A DNA stretch of 53,541 nucleotides, counting the filler, from Streblomastix strix (lineage: Eukaryota): assembly GCA_008636045.1 (NCBI GenBank). It is 2 parts of 2 records of this genome, joined end to end, with 100 filler letters (N's around TTAATTAATTAA, not from the genome) between each part and the next. Parts side by side here need not be neighbours in the genome. Positions count along the whole stretch, not along the records: positions 1 to 26,735 come from SNRW01000157.1; positions 26,836 to 53,541 come from SNRW01000158.1. One strand, 5' to 3'. This document shows, in pieces, positions 13,556 through 27,437 of the stretch. Numbering within the stretch: position 1 is the stretch's first letter; every line of letters starts with the position of its first letter. The notes beneath the pieces are model-generated. The model saw nothing but the letters and a program-made list of their open reading frames with translations, did no database searches and was not told the DNA's origin. The translations under genes were made by a program, and so were the position numbers.

Positions 13556-16500
13556 ATGGAGATCAATGAACAGAAAGATAGTTCTAACCAACTTTTTGAT
13601 GAGAATGTCTTGTCACTTCCCCAAAAGGAGAAATAATAGTATAGCATTGATAAAAATATACATTTTGGAAAGTATCCAAAATAAATTGTCAGTAATAATT
13701 CTAATATTCCTTCTCCAAACTTAACTTAGGCGAATTCCATTTCACTGTTGAGTTAAGAGTTACCATAATAACTGATAATTCCAGACATTTACGTTTAATA
13801 AAAGAATTCAACTAATATTTTAACGGGTTAAGAAAAGCCATCAAATTCTGAACTATAAATTTTATCATTCAAACATGAAAGTTCAATGAATATGTTAGTA
13901 TCTAAATCAGATTATTTTCAAACATAAAATAAGTATAACATTTAATTTTAACATATTTGAATATAACTATCTTATATTATATTATTATTATATATTTTAA
14001 TTCATTCTGATCTTTATCTCTTTATTTATATAGTGTATTCCTACCTGAAGAAGTAGAATACAATGATTGTATTAAATAATTTTTTGCTATTTATTAATAT
14101 ATGATAATTTTTATTATTATTATATTAACAATTTTCATTATTAGTCGAGATTGATACCAAATTCTTTGGTGGAACGATGGGGAAGACTTTCTTAGTCAGA
14201 CATAAATAGACAGGAGTGCTTTATGTGATGAAACGAGGTATGAAATAATGTTTGATTCCGCACAAATATATGAAATTATGCTATTAATTATTTATTGTAG
14301 TTGATTACTTCCACGAGAAAGACAAAAGGATGGCTGATGATGAGATTGCACATATGAAGCGGCTTTCTTCTAAATATACGGTATGATTAAATTCAATTTT
14401 ATATTTAAATGATAATCATATATATTCATATTTTATATATATTTATTCTTCTTATAGGTTCGACTTATTTGGACATTTATTAAGGAACCTGATATGTATG
14501 TAATTACGGAGTATTGCTCACGTGGAGACTTGCGCAAGTTTATAACCGAACTTCAGACATTACCAGAAGCTGAACGAATTGAAGTACGTAAATATTATTA
14601 TGTTGTCAATTATTTATTTTTTTTTTAAATTTATATTTCGATTAGCGTGTTTGGGAGATATTTGCACAGATTATTCTTGGATTGGAATTCATGCACAATC
14701 TCAATATAATTCATCGGGATATCAAACCAGATAATATCTTTATAATGGAAGATGGATCAGCTCGACTAGGTAATTTTTTTGAATTAAAATTAAAATTTTT
14801 ATATTTCTGAAGTTATATTTTTTTTATTATATTAATTATTTAAACTTTAATTATATTTATAAATTATAAATTTCAGGTGACTTCGGATTATCCAAAGTTC
14901 TTGATGAGAAAGATTATGGATCTACTGTAGGAACTAGGTATATCAATGTTTCTAAATTTATATTTAAATATTAAATATTTCTTAATTTATTTATTAATCA
15001 TTATTTTTTTTCATTTATTTTTAAAAAGATATTATAGGGCACCTGAAGTCTTTATGTAGGGAAAGTATGAATTAATATTTCATTTTAAAAATTTACTCGT
15101 TTTTCTCATATTTTATTCTTAGGATGTATTTCAGTTCTGATGTATATGCAGTTGGAATTGTAATAACTGAATGTTTGACTGGAAAACATCCATTAATTGG
15201 AAGTAACGATTAAGAGACCATAAGTAATATAAAACAAGGCAGAGCTACTAAACTTCCTGAATGGATTCCAAATGAGCTTAAAGATCTCTTGCTTAGAATG
15301 ATGAATACTGTTTGATATTAGATATTTATTTTATTTAATTAAATTTATACATAATCTTTATTAATTTTATTATTAATTTAATAATTTTATAATATTTAAT
15401 TTTTATTTTTATATTTTAGGATAAAGATAAAAGGCCAACTGTTCAGGAAATAATATAAAATGAAGTAATTCAATCCACAATTCTGAAAATTAAAGAGAGA
15501 GAAATGCAAAATGATAATGATAAAGAGAAATAATAACAAGCAACTATCTTATCAAACCCAAAACAATTCTCACGAAATAATCTTAAAGAATTTAGAGACC
15601 AAATACATTCACAATTCTTTGAAGGAAAGAATGCACTTGATAATATTGAGTATTTTGAACTATTGAAAAGGGCATTATTCATGATTCGATCGGTATAAAC
15701 ACTCGTAGTAAGCAATTCGTCAGTCGAGATGCTTTCGCTGACAAATGATATAAAAGACATGATTATAGAAATTATTAATAAGACGCAATTCAAATCTAAA
15801 GTGTTAGATTGTGCTATCAACATGGGCGTTATAATGGAATTCATTGATCTTGTCAGACGAACATCATTTAATGAAGTAACGTATTAATACATCTCCCCAT
15901 TATATGAGATCTGCAAAATAGCATCTTTAGAATAATCATATTAACTTTACAAAATGAATGTAATTCAAATTCTTACTCCAAAGCTCAATCAAAATGATTA
16001 ATTTATCAGAGTTCTCATTTTGTAGATAATCATTAATATTATATAAAATGGATGGAAAGTAACAATTCCTTAAATATAATCGTCTTAATCTTCGAGCACT
16101 TCTACATCTTCAATACAATAATCTTCAGTTTAATTAACACAATAACAACTTAATAAAACATCATTTTCAATTTCATCTTATACAACTTCTAAACAATATT
16201 CCAGTTCGTAATCAATAATTCAACCAGAATTACAGCAGATTCTTTTCCTACCACATCCTTATCTATATTCTCTGGATAAACAAGGTGCAATCAGACAAAT
16301 TATTGAAATTATTTTGTTGAATGATGAATCCAATACTCGAAACAAGAGCTAAGTTTGCGAACTCCTGAATTATATCTATATAGAAGGAGCAAGAATACCA
16401 GCTGATATATAACAATAAATCATAGCAAGTATCTGTGAGCAAATAAAAGATGATAATGACCATGTCAATAATTATGCATACGAGGCACTTGTATTCCTGG

Positions 16501-18329
16501 CTGTTAATAAAGGTAATAATTATTAAATAATATTTTAAATTAAAATGAAATGTTTAAATATCGAAATTAACTATTATTTCTTTTATTATTATTATTTCAA
16601 TGTAGATAATCATGAAGTTATTGTTGCGAATGATGTAATTGAGTCAATACTAGCCATCTTCAAGTATAAAATTATTATTAATATTAAATATATATATTTT
16701 TCAATAATTTATTTTTCTTTCCTTTAATATTGAAAATTTTTTAATTTTTTTAATATTATAATTATAATAATATTATCATTAGGAAGCAAACCGAAAGAGA
16801 AACGATTGATTCTGAGATTGTCACATATTCTCTTAGGATCCTGTAATTCATATACATTTATGGCACTCCAACAGTAAGAAAACTCATTCACTTAGAAATA
16901 ACTAATGAAACACTTGAAATATTGAAGAATAACAAATAATATGAAAAGGATGCAATAATCCTTAAATCAATTATTGCTAATCCAAAATCAATGGATATTT
17001 TAATGAAAATGAAGAGAACAATTGAATTTAGAGATTGTAATTATAAAATAAAGCTAATTAAAATAGGAATTATTGACCAATTGAGTGAAATAATTGATTA
17101 ATAAATTTATAATAAACAATAAGATAACAACGAAGGAATATTCTTAATTATCCATGAAATTATCTTCTAGTTAACTTTAGAGAATAATAAAGCTCAACAA
17201 TTGATTTTTTAAGAAACAGACTTTGTTTAACGACAATTGAATATAGTTAAGTCATTCTCTCCAGAATAAATCAAAATATAACATCTTCTACCAATTGAAC
17301 CTCTTTTGAACAGCCTAACATATGAACAGAGTAATCAGTTATATAAGTAAGGGATTATTCAATTGATGATGAATATATTTAATTCTCATGATTAAGAAAT
17401 CAGGATTAAATCTGCTGAAATAATACCAATAATTATTAGAAAAGGATTGTAAGGATTAAAATAAGGTGAATAGCATCCATATAAAGAATAATTAATGAGA
17501 GATGGAACAATAAACAAATTAATTCAAATATTCAGAAGTAATAATAATGATTTTAATCAGGATATTCTCATACAAATCTTTGCATATATGTTCAAAGCAA
17601 ATCCACTTCCAACAGAAATAGAAGCATAAGTTATTGAAGAACTTATGAATTAGAATTAGATCAATGAACTTTTATTTGTAGCTGAGTGCCCTGGTATAAT
17701 AATTATTATTTTAATATCAATATGTATTAATATCTTACTTTTATTTATTAATTATTTTATTTTTTATTTTATTTTATTATTATTAATTACTTTTATTTTT
17801 TTTGATACATTTATTCTCAGATAACCATGACATAATACTTGCAAACAATTTCGAATAATGGATCTTAAAGATCGATTCTGATTTCTTTTGCAACTTTGAT
17901 CTCATTATTCAAATATTCAAAACAGGATCCGATTTGAATAAATCGAAAATATCGCTTATTTTGAAGAAGATATTAAAACATATAAATATAATACTTAATA
18001 ATAATTAGAAGAATAAATATAACGAAGAGAAGAACAATGAAATTATTATTTATGTTTAGAAAATTATTAGATATAATAATGAAAAAGAACAAGAGAAAGT
18101 ATAAAAGAAAGAATAAGAGTTAGAATAATAATAGGAAGAATAAACGATTGAGAAAGAAAAGGAAAAAGAGAAAGAATAATAGAAAGAATAATAATAATAA
18201 TAATAACAACAACAACAATAACAATAATAAGAATGTGAATTAATAATAATAAATACTAGTCCTAAACCTCCTCCATCAATTTCAGATGATGATTGGTCAA
18301 AAAAGAAAAGAAAATGTACAATTCAATGA
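13556..18329 (+). CDS. NEK-like Ser/Thr protein kinase fused to ARM-like modules, with C-terminal polyQ and polybasic CaaX
   Basis: GGTMGKTFLV Gly-loop, VMKR lysine, HRDIKPDNIF, GDFGLSK, GTRYYRAPE and SDVYAVG across about 10 introns. Ends ...DDWSKKKRKCTIQ-TGA. Confidence 0.85.
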
Positions 18330-18784
18330 AAATACAAAATGAATGAATAATAATAATAAATATAAATATAAGAAAATTAAAAATAAAGAAATTTAATTTT
18401 GATTAATATAAAACATTGAATCATCTTTAATATCAATATTATTAATTTTATCAATTTATTAACACATCACCACATTTCTTTGCATTATTTGTATTTAATT
18501 TTATAATTTTTGCATCATTTTTACTCTGACTTATTCTGATCATTATTAATTTTAGTGTCATTTTATATCTTTTTTATCTTCATTAACTTTCCTCATAAAC
18601 ACTATTATATTTTTTGTGAGTAACAGTAAAAATTACTTGAGTTTTAAATAAGTAAAATAATAATTGAATCTAAATTATTAGTTATATATATATTATTTAT
18701 TATTTATATGATGTTTATATAAATAAACAGCTTTAATACTCATTTATGAAGGTTATTTTGTTCAATTATTAGGATTGATAACTT

Positions 18785-20290
18785 TCAAAAACGTCTTTGT
18801 TTTCGTTGAAGGAATCTATTTATTAATTTCATCATCGCACTGCACGAATAACCAACAATTGTTTAATTATCCTCATTTAGTTGGAATTGGTTTATTTCAA
18901 GTTCTTCAGATCCACATTCTTCTTCTATTTACTCATATGCATCTTTTAAGATGTAGGAATATTGATTTATACAAAGATTTATTAATTATTGTATGTAATG
19001 AATGAAACTATACAATAAATTTCCAATTATCAATTAGTTTTATTATCCTAGAGCGAATGGCGTTGATTATGTTTTGATCAAGGTTCTAATATAATTGGAT
19101 TAAATAAGTTGAATAAATCCAGGTATACCATTACATTTTTGAACAAAATTTAATAGGAATACAACATCTGGTATGAATTTGCATATCATGTCACTATCAA
19201 AATTAAATTTATTCTCAAATGTTTTGTATTTCATTAGATTTACGAGAGAAGGAATAAGATCTGCATTCTCAACTAATTTCTAAGTATATTATTCATTGTA
19301 TTGGATAATTTCTTGGAGTGAAAATAGCAATGATTAAATTGAAGCATGCTTTGACTTTATTTCATCAGTTCTGGATAAAGGCATTGGATAATCATTTGGC
19401 CTTATTTTGCTTAAAGTTAAATAATCTTAAGAAACTCCAACAAACAGATGAATAACATGTTATGCGTAATTGTGTTCATTTTCTAGGAAATCTCTAACGC
19501 TCAAACTGAGCGAATATAATTCATGAAGTATTACCACAATTTCATCCTGAATTTATTATATAAATGGAGATGGATTAATTATCAGTCGATTTTGGCAGTG
19601 AATTTCAGTTCCACAATTGAGATGAATGAGCGGAGAAATTATTTCATCAAGTTTATTACTAAAAAAGAATTGTCTATTTTCCCATATTATATATTTTATT
19701 GCATTTAAAAGTCTTGCTATTTAACTCATTAAAGCTTCAATATGAATGAATTATTCATCATTTTCTTATGAGTTCATATATAATTTACTATCATCCTTAA
19801 TATAATTAATTAGATCAGATATTTTTGTTGCTAAGAATTCAGTAAATGGTTATAAAATATTTTATTCAATTTTTTTGTTCTTCATTACCATGAATTAAAT
19901 ACTTACCAATTGAGTTGTAAGATTTGATAATAATTAATTATTATTTTATTATCCTTTGATATTTATGAATTACTACAGAAGAAGATCATGAATTTTTGAA
20001 AGAAGGCCTGTTTGAAGCATAGATTCATGAAAGTAATTATAATATTGAGCTTTATTCAATATAGTTACTCTTTTAATCAGATTTTCCAAAAGATTTAGTA
20101 AAGAAAGCTCTATTTATGTATTACATTCATTAATATTCTCAAAGATCATTGCAAATAACCATTACCAATCATAGCTTTTAATTTACTTATCATCAAGCAA
20201 TTGAATTTATTTTAAAAGTTTATTTATCTCGCTGATTTGAACTTATTTCTTTTGAATATCAATATTAAATAGTGAAATGATATCTTCCAT
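18785..20290 (-). CDS. Hypothetical ARM/HEAT-like helical protein (~501 aa, single exon)
   Basis: 1506 nt from ATG (20290) to TGA (18785), consistent with one frame under TAA/TAG=Gln. Leu/Ile-rich helices; EECGSEELE near the C-terminus. Confidence 0.6.
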
Positions 20291-21199
20291 GGCTGAAAAC
20301 AAGAAAAAATAAAAAAAAATAAAATAAAGTGTAATTTGATGTTTATGTGTAAAAACTGATAATTAAATCGATTGATTTTGGATAATAATTGCTGTTGATA
20401 TTATAAAATTAACAAACAACAAAATTAAATAAAAATCTGCAGCAAAACATTGGCTTAAATTAAAAAAAATACCAATTAGAAAATGTTTGTCATAAAAATG
20501 TTTTAAATGATAAATATTTATGGAAAATAGAACTTAATTAAAAATTAATTAAAAAATAGCATAATTGAGATATAAGTGGCACCAACTAGAGTAAGATTGA
20601 ACTGAAAAACAAATTTCTTTATTTCTAAGCAGATTATTTGAGAAAAATAAAGAAGCAAATAAAAACCACTAGAAAATAATTAGTTAAGATTTTTTTTTTA
20701 TAAATTTATACTAAGTTATAATATATTTTCTGTGGAATTTTGTCCACAAATACATTTCAGCTGTGATAAGGAGTAAACTAAGAGCCAAGTATGTTTTTTT
20801 GTCTGCCTTAAATATTTATCTTCAATTATTTTGTTAATCATTCAATATTTATTTTCTGAGAGTGAAAAAACGACTCAAACTATTGCCCATGCTCTCCTGC
20901 TACAGCCGCTTATAAAAATTTTATATTAACCTTCAATATGTTACTTATATGTACAAACAATAATATTTTTATATATCATTTTGCTGAATATTCTTTATAA
21001 CTCCAAAAATTAATTATGAAAATTTTATTCATTAAATTGCATAATACGCTTTTTTCAATGTGAAATATTTTTTGAGATTAGATTTATTATAATATAATAA
21101 ATGAAATAAAATAGAAAAACTGAATTTAAAACTTGAATATTTCGTTGTTAGCTCACTACATATTAACTGAATTTTACTTTTTTCCATTTTCACTTCAGT

Positions 21200-24109
21200 A
21201 TGCCTTGCTGTGATGTGTTTAATGGTATAATGCGGATTGCAGTTACGGGTACATTTCCGAATTCACCCGTAAAACCGGAGCGCATAGTAGCAATTGGTTC
21301 GGTTTATGCTCTAGGTTTGATATACAATTAATTATTAATTCCACATTCGTCTTTGTTTATTTTATATTAGTTTTGAGCATTTTTGCATATTTAGCTGCTG
21401 GGGTTTTATATTCTATGAGCTATGAGAATAATATAAAGTACAATTATTATTTTTTTATTATTTCTTTTGTTTTTATACTTTAATTTTTAATTTTTTTTTA
21501 TATAATTAATTTAAATTTACAGCATTTATTATGGAATGGCTGATTGTTTTCTAGTTCAATATGCTTAATATGATAACATTAAACCCTTTGATGGTATTTT
21601 ATATATTAACTTTTATTTATATACAAATATTTATAAACTTTTATTAATATACATTTATTTATATACAATTATTTATATACATTTATTAATATACATTTAT
21701 TAATATACATTTATTTATATACATATATACATTTATTAATATTCATATTCATTTTCATTTTCATCCAGAATTCACTCGTGGCAGCTGTGTTAGTATCTTC
21801 AATGTAGAAGTTGTTCCAATTAATGCATCTCAACCAAACAACAAAAGGAATTTGAATGAGTTTATGAGTAAAAACAACAAAATGGATCAAAATTACAAAT
21901 AAAGAGAAAAATTAAAAGAAGAAATCAATGAAGAAACAAAAGGAGAAAATTTAATAGAAGGGTTGATGAATCCGTTCTTCAGCAGAATCACAGAAATTAC
22001 GTTTGTTTTTTACTATGTGCTACTATATTATATATTATGGATTTATTATATATGTATAACTGTATTATATATTAATACATTATATCTTACGTATATGCTT
22101 GATTATTCATCTATATATTATCTATTTAAAATGTAATTGCAGTCCTTCTAAATGTGATGATAATACCAGATATCTTACATTCTGGCCTGAACTTGACCAT
22201 GCAAACAAGCAGAATTCAATGCATTTGAACAGACAATAATAATAATTAATATAATAATAACAAAAATAACAAAATATTTAATCCATGAAACAATACCTTA
22301 CTCGTTCATTCAGATCAAATACTAAACAATCAAATTCTTTTTCTTCTTCTTTCCAATCACATCACCTCACAAGTGCAAATAATCAATAATAATAACTTTA
22401 ATTAAATAGAAATGATTAATAGCATTAATTTAGTTAATAAGAAATCAACCCTAATTTTGATGAATCTACATTGGGTGATGAAGGACAATACTAGAGATGC
22501 TTCTTTGATGCAGGATTGGCTTTGAAACCAACTTCTAATTAATAGCAGTTTAAAAATAACAGAAATTAGAATGAAAAGATTAAGTAGTAAATTAATAAAT
22601 AATAATAGAAATAATAGTTATAGTAAATGATTGATCAATAATAATAATAATAACAAGATGTATATAACAGACATTTGAATACTTTGAGTGATGTCAGACA
22701 TTTCAGATTTGATGTATCAACAAAGAAACTCATCCGTATTGATTAGTTTTATGAATAAAAAACAGATTTATTAAAGGAGGAATAATTAATAGTTGAAAAT
22801 GAATAGAAAATTAATAAATAAAGATAAATTGGTTAATAATTGAGTAATGTTGATAATGATGATAATAATTAATTCAATTCACAGTAAAAGAATAGTTTGA
22901 TATGGGAACCTGGTTTGTAAATCTATATTATATATTCTTTAAATATATTATATATTTTATTTTAATCGTTATTATATATTATCATAAAACTAACATTTCT
23001 TATCTAATAATAACTAATTATTAATCCAATATAATGCATTTATTGATATTATTTATTGCAGGTCGTGTAATCCTCATATTCCCAGAAATATCGCTGATAT
23101 TCAACGTCCTCCTGTTGATGCTCATATTCTTGGTTCCTGCTTTCATTATAATTCCAATTGCAGTATGAATCATATAAATTTATTATATATAGTCAAATTA
23201 CATATATATTATTTATTATTATATATCTAATTCTAACATTCCATTCATTCATAACCATAATACTTATTATATTCCTATCCAATATATTCCCACATACAGA
23301 TATGGCTCATCTATTTGACATACAAACAAGTACGAAGATGCGTCGTCCATCGAAATCTTCGCGACATGGGAATATTCGATGAAGAAAATGAAGAAAACCA
23401 GAACCAGGATAACAATTAGAATAACAATAACAATAATAATAATAATAATCAGAATAATAATAATAATGAAAACAACAACAGAAGAAACCACATTGTTGGT
23501 CCAGATGCACAAAACATTCCATAAAGGGAAAGGAACAATGAAAGAAATCAACAGATGGAGGACATTGGAGATCTGAGATAGCCAGATTCAAGCAGAAGGA
23601 TGAGAAATTCAAGCTCAAGCGGTAGTGGTTCAAGTAGTAGTAGTAATATTAGCAGCGCAAGTAATAGCAGCAGTAGTTTAACCAGTAATATGAGACGAGT
23701 TGATGATGGAAGTGGTTTTGTTGTTCAGAGTTCAGGATAAAATTCGCCAAGAACGAAAACAAGGAAATATAAAGAGAAAGAAAAAGAGAAAGAGAAAATA
23801 AATGAGAAAGAAAAGGAAAAGCTTATTTCTGACGCACTTGAAGACGATCTATACGACACCTCCAGCTAATAACAACAACCATAATTAATACAAACCCCAT
23901 CCGATTCACAACTTCTACAACTCAACTCATCACAATCATCAACTTCCTCTCTATAATCTTCTACATCATAGGAACCTCTTCTTCATCCAGTAATACAGCC
24001 GTCCAGTCAGGAAGACAGGGAAAGGGAAATAAAAGAACGCGATGTGGCCCGTCGTGCGCGCGTGAGGTACTTGGAGCAGCTGCAGAGGAATAAGGGTACG
24101 AATGGATGA
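21200..24109 (+). CDS. Hypothetical multi-exon membrane protein with low-complexity Q/N/S regions
   Basis: MPCCDVFNG...; hydrophobic exons (LSIFAYLAAGVLY; VILIFPEISLIFNVLLLMLIFLVPAFIIIPIAIWLIYL); ends ...ARRARVRYLEQLQRNKGTNG-TGA. Exon structure is only partly resolved. Confidence 0.5.
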
Positions 24110-24451
24110 TTATGATTGTTAATATTATTATGATAATATGATTATGATTATTAATATGATTATTATGATTGTGATAATGTGATGATTATGATAATAATAA
24201 ATTGAGATTGTTATGATTATTTATGTCCATGGTGAGTGTGTGCTTGTGATGTTATATTATTTAGTATTGTTCAGACATTTTCAATTTTTATTTTTATTTT
24301 TTATTTTTTACCGAAATTATTGTTTGCGATAATGATTTATTAAGTCAAAATAATAAATAATAAAACAAATATTCACAAAAATGAAGTGGCATATACAAAA
24401 TAAAACAGCTCAATAATAATATTAATTTCCATTTATAATATTGAATATAAA

Positions 24452-25345
24452 TCACTTCTTCCTGAACTGATGCAACTTCGGATAAATTTCTCGAAATTTC
24501 TGCTCAATTTCTGCTGCAGAACGAGCTCCAGTTATAACAACTTTGCCGCTCACAAAAACGAGGATAATCGCTTTGGATTCTGGGAATCTGTATATTAAGC
24601 CTGGAAACATCTCAGGTTCATACTGAAAAGGGATGTAAATGGATATATATGATAAAATTAAGTATGAGAAAAATAAATATGGAATAAATAGAAATGGGAA
24701 AAATAAATATAGAATAAATAAAAAAGAGAAAAATATGTATTATAAAAATTAAATATTAGAAAAAATAAATATGAGAAAAAATATATATGGATAAAATAGA
24801 TATAAATTGATTGTCATACAGTTGAGTTTTCCTGACAGCTCTGTGAAAGACCTTCAACTCGTATTGGAAACTTCAAATCACAACTTGCTGTATTAAATAT
24901 AAAAAATAAACAAGTTTAATAAAAAAAAATGGCAAATATAATTGAAAGTACAAACCTACAAGATTCTCAATTTTAAAATCCTTAAATTATACATGAAGTG
25001 TTCCTTCAGGATCTGTAAGGAAGAATTATCATAGAAATATAAGTGAAATTAGAAATTAATTTATAACATACGGCATTTCAAAATAGTTTTTGTTGCCCGT
25101 CTGCATGCGTATCGAGCGTCCTCTTCACTCCTTGACCCATTGCAGACCATCTTACCACTCTCGAATATCAGCACAGTTGCCTTCGGATCTACATATCGCA
25201 GTATAGCAGCGGGGAACTTTTTAGGGTTGTACTCGACGTTTTTCGCGTTTGTTGCAATAGCTCGTAGATTGACTGGAGTGCTGAGCGAAGCGGTAGCTAC
25301 AACATTCTATAATAATGGTTGTATGACAAGCTTTTGCTGCTCCAT
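24452..25345 (-). CDS. TBP: TATA-box binding protein, 4 exons
   Basis: [57 protein letters not shown] and [13 protein letters not shown]. Both TBP repeats and all four DNA-intercalating Phe are present. Confidence 0.95.
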
Positions 25346-26458
25346 AACTCTACAATGAGAATAAAAAATAAAATTTCATGATGAACAAATTAAAAATCGT
25401 ATATTGTTGCTAAAAATATTTTATAATTCGTTATGAGTTATTCATAAATAAAAATTCGTGTTTTTGTATGGATAATTGATGTATTTTATTTGTATTAGTA
25501 TTTTTAAAATATTTATTCAAATTAAGTTATCTATGTGAAAAGAAACGATAAAATTAAATTAATAATTTTGCCTATTTTTGTGTAGCGCACACACCATCAC
25601 TATGTATGTATATTCGTAATAATTAAGTGAGCAATTAATGTTTGCACTCAATATTTGTAATTATAATAGAATATAAAATATATACATTCTTTAAAATTAA
25701 CAATTAAAATATTCACAGATACACCAATTAGAATAATAAACATATATAATAATTTGGAAGAGATCCATTATATAAAAAACATTTGACATTAAATATTGTT
25801 TTTGTTATAATTTACGTATTTCTTGAAAAAAATATTACTTATAAATTCTTAAAAATATCAATGTTTAAGCGGCAAATAAATGAGTATTTAAAAAATATTT
25901 TAAGCGGTTAGGTTTAAATGAACCTGAAAAGCAGCGCCTTTATTGGAAAGAAAAAAAAAGCACTCCATTCAGCTTATTTGTATTGAATCATTGTATATTA
26001 TTTGTTAATTTTGAACAAACAATATTTATGACGTATTTTTTAGTATTTTTTTCATTATATTATCAATATCCACCGGAACAGTAAAAAATAAAATTTCTAG
26101 TATATTGTCACCATTTGGGACCTTATTTCTTCTTCTTTTATTATGAGACATTGCCACTTGGACCGTTGCCCCTTGTTCCTCTACAGATCTATGGGTTCGG
26201 CCATAAAAAATAAATATGCAAAGCGATAAAAAAGTTTTTGTATAATTGTGAAAAGTTAAAAGTTATAGGTTAAAAATAAATCCGAATGCCTTGTTATCGG
26301 CAAAATTGGCAGGTGCAAGGAAAAACTGAATTTAAAAGCACTTAGAAAACTTTATCCCATTAGTTTCATATTGTAGGATTATGGAAGTGAGTGAATAAAA
26401 GTTAAAAAGTAAAATAAAGATAAAAAATTAAAATATTAAAGCTCTCTGTTGAAGCTAA

Positions 26459-26723
26459 GTAGTTATGAGAATATGGAGAGTGCCCCATATAGAAAAATAA
26501 AATAAATAATTTTAAATAAAATAATGAATATAAAATAATGAAAATAAATAATAATAATATATAATAATAAATAAATAATGTAAAATAAAAATATTCACTT
26601 GATTAAAATTATTGTTTGAAAATATTGAAGTTAATTAATGAATTGATTAATGAAGTTGATTAATGAATCGATTAATGATGTTGATTTTTGAACGTATGGC
26701 ACTCTCCATATTCTCATAACTAC
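26459..26723. repeat. 26-bp perfect inverted repeat flanking an AT-rich core (MITE-like or foldback)
   Basis: GTAGTTATGAGAATATGGAGAGTGCC (26459-26484) is the exact reverse complement of 26698-26723. Confidence 0.7.
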
Positions 26724-26735
26724 ATGGTGAAGTTG

Positions 26736-26835
26736 NNNNNNNNNNNNNNNNNNNNNNNNNNNNNNNNNNNNNNNNNNNNTTAATTAATTAANNNNNNNNN
26801 NNNNNNNNNNNNNNNNNNNNNNNNNNNNNNNNNNN
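26736..26835. other. Artificial contig-joining linker or assembly gap
   Basis: 44 N + TTAATTAATTAA (standard-code stops in all six frames) + 44 N = 100 bp. Confidence 0.95.
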
Positions 26836-27158
26836 TTGATATGCCTGGTGTTCATAACTTGGTGTTTCAGTCAATTCAGAATTGTGACTCCAAAGTCCGC
26901 AACGAGCTTTTCAAAAGTATCTGCATTTCTGGAGGAACTTCGATGCTCAATGGATTTGCTGAAAGATTGAATAGAGAGCTTGAGATTCTCGCACCAAAAA
27001 CAGCTGATATCAACATTATTGCACCTCCTGATCGCCAATTTTCAGTGTGGGTTGGAGGATCAATTTTGGCTTCTATGAAAGTTTTCGGGGATTGGTTGAT
27101 CACAAAATAAGAATATAAAGAAAGAGGGTATGCTGTTGTGAAATAGAACTGCGTTTGA
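26836..27158 (+). CDS. Actin-family protein (divergent actin or Arp), C-terminal part; 5' part lost in the gap
   Basis: SIQNCD..VRNELFKSICISGGTSMLNGFAERL..EL..LAP....INIIAPPDRQFSVWVGGSILAS...ITKQEYKE.G; TGA 27156-27158. Confidence 0.85.
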
Positions 27159-27391
27159 CTCAATTTTAACTTGAAATCTGTAATTTTTCCACCTTATTTT
27201 TTGTTATACACAAATATATTGTTTTACAATTTTTCAGTATTAATATCTTCATTAGCATTGTTATCTTTTACTATATTAATTTTTAATCTATGATAAAAAT
27301 TTTATTCAAAAACATTTAATTTGATTTGATTTTTAGAGAATGTATAATAATATACAACAACTTCGCCTTTATTGAGTGATTGCCATAAACT

Positions 27392-27437
27392 ATTTGAAGT
27401 GATTCTTCTGGCCATTCCCCAAACAATGTTTACAATG
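27392..27437. repeat. DIRS inverted terminal repeat at the element 3' end
   Basis: ATTTGAAGTGATTCTTCTGGCCATTCCCCAAACAATGTTTACAATG is the exact reverse complement of 34920-34965. Confidence 0.9.

Noticed and set aside
21640..24225. ATACATTTATT intronic repeats (~21640-21745) and TATGAT-type repeats (~24110-24225)
   Set aside because: Simple low-complexity slippage repeats with no evidence of function.
26736..26835. Palindromic TTAATTAATTAA between N runs
   Set aside because: Artificial linker. Adjacency of the two halves of the window should not be interpreted.
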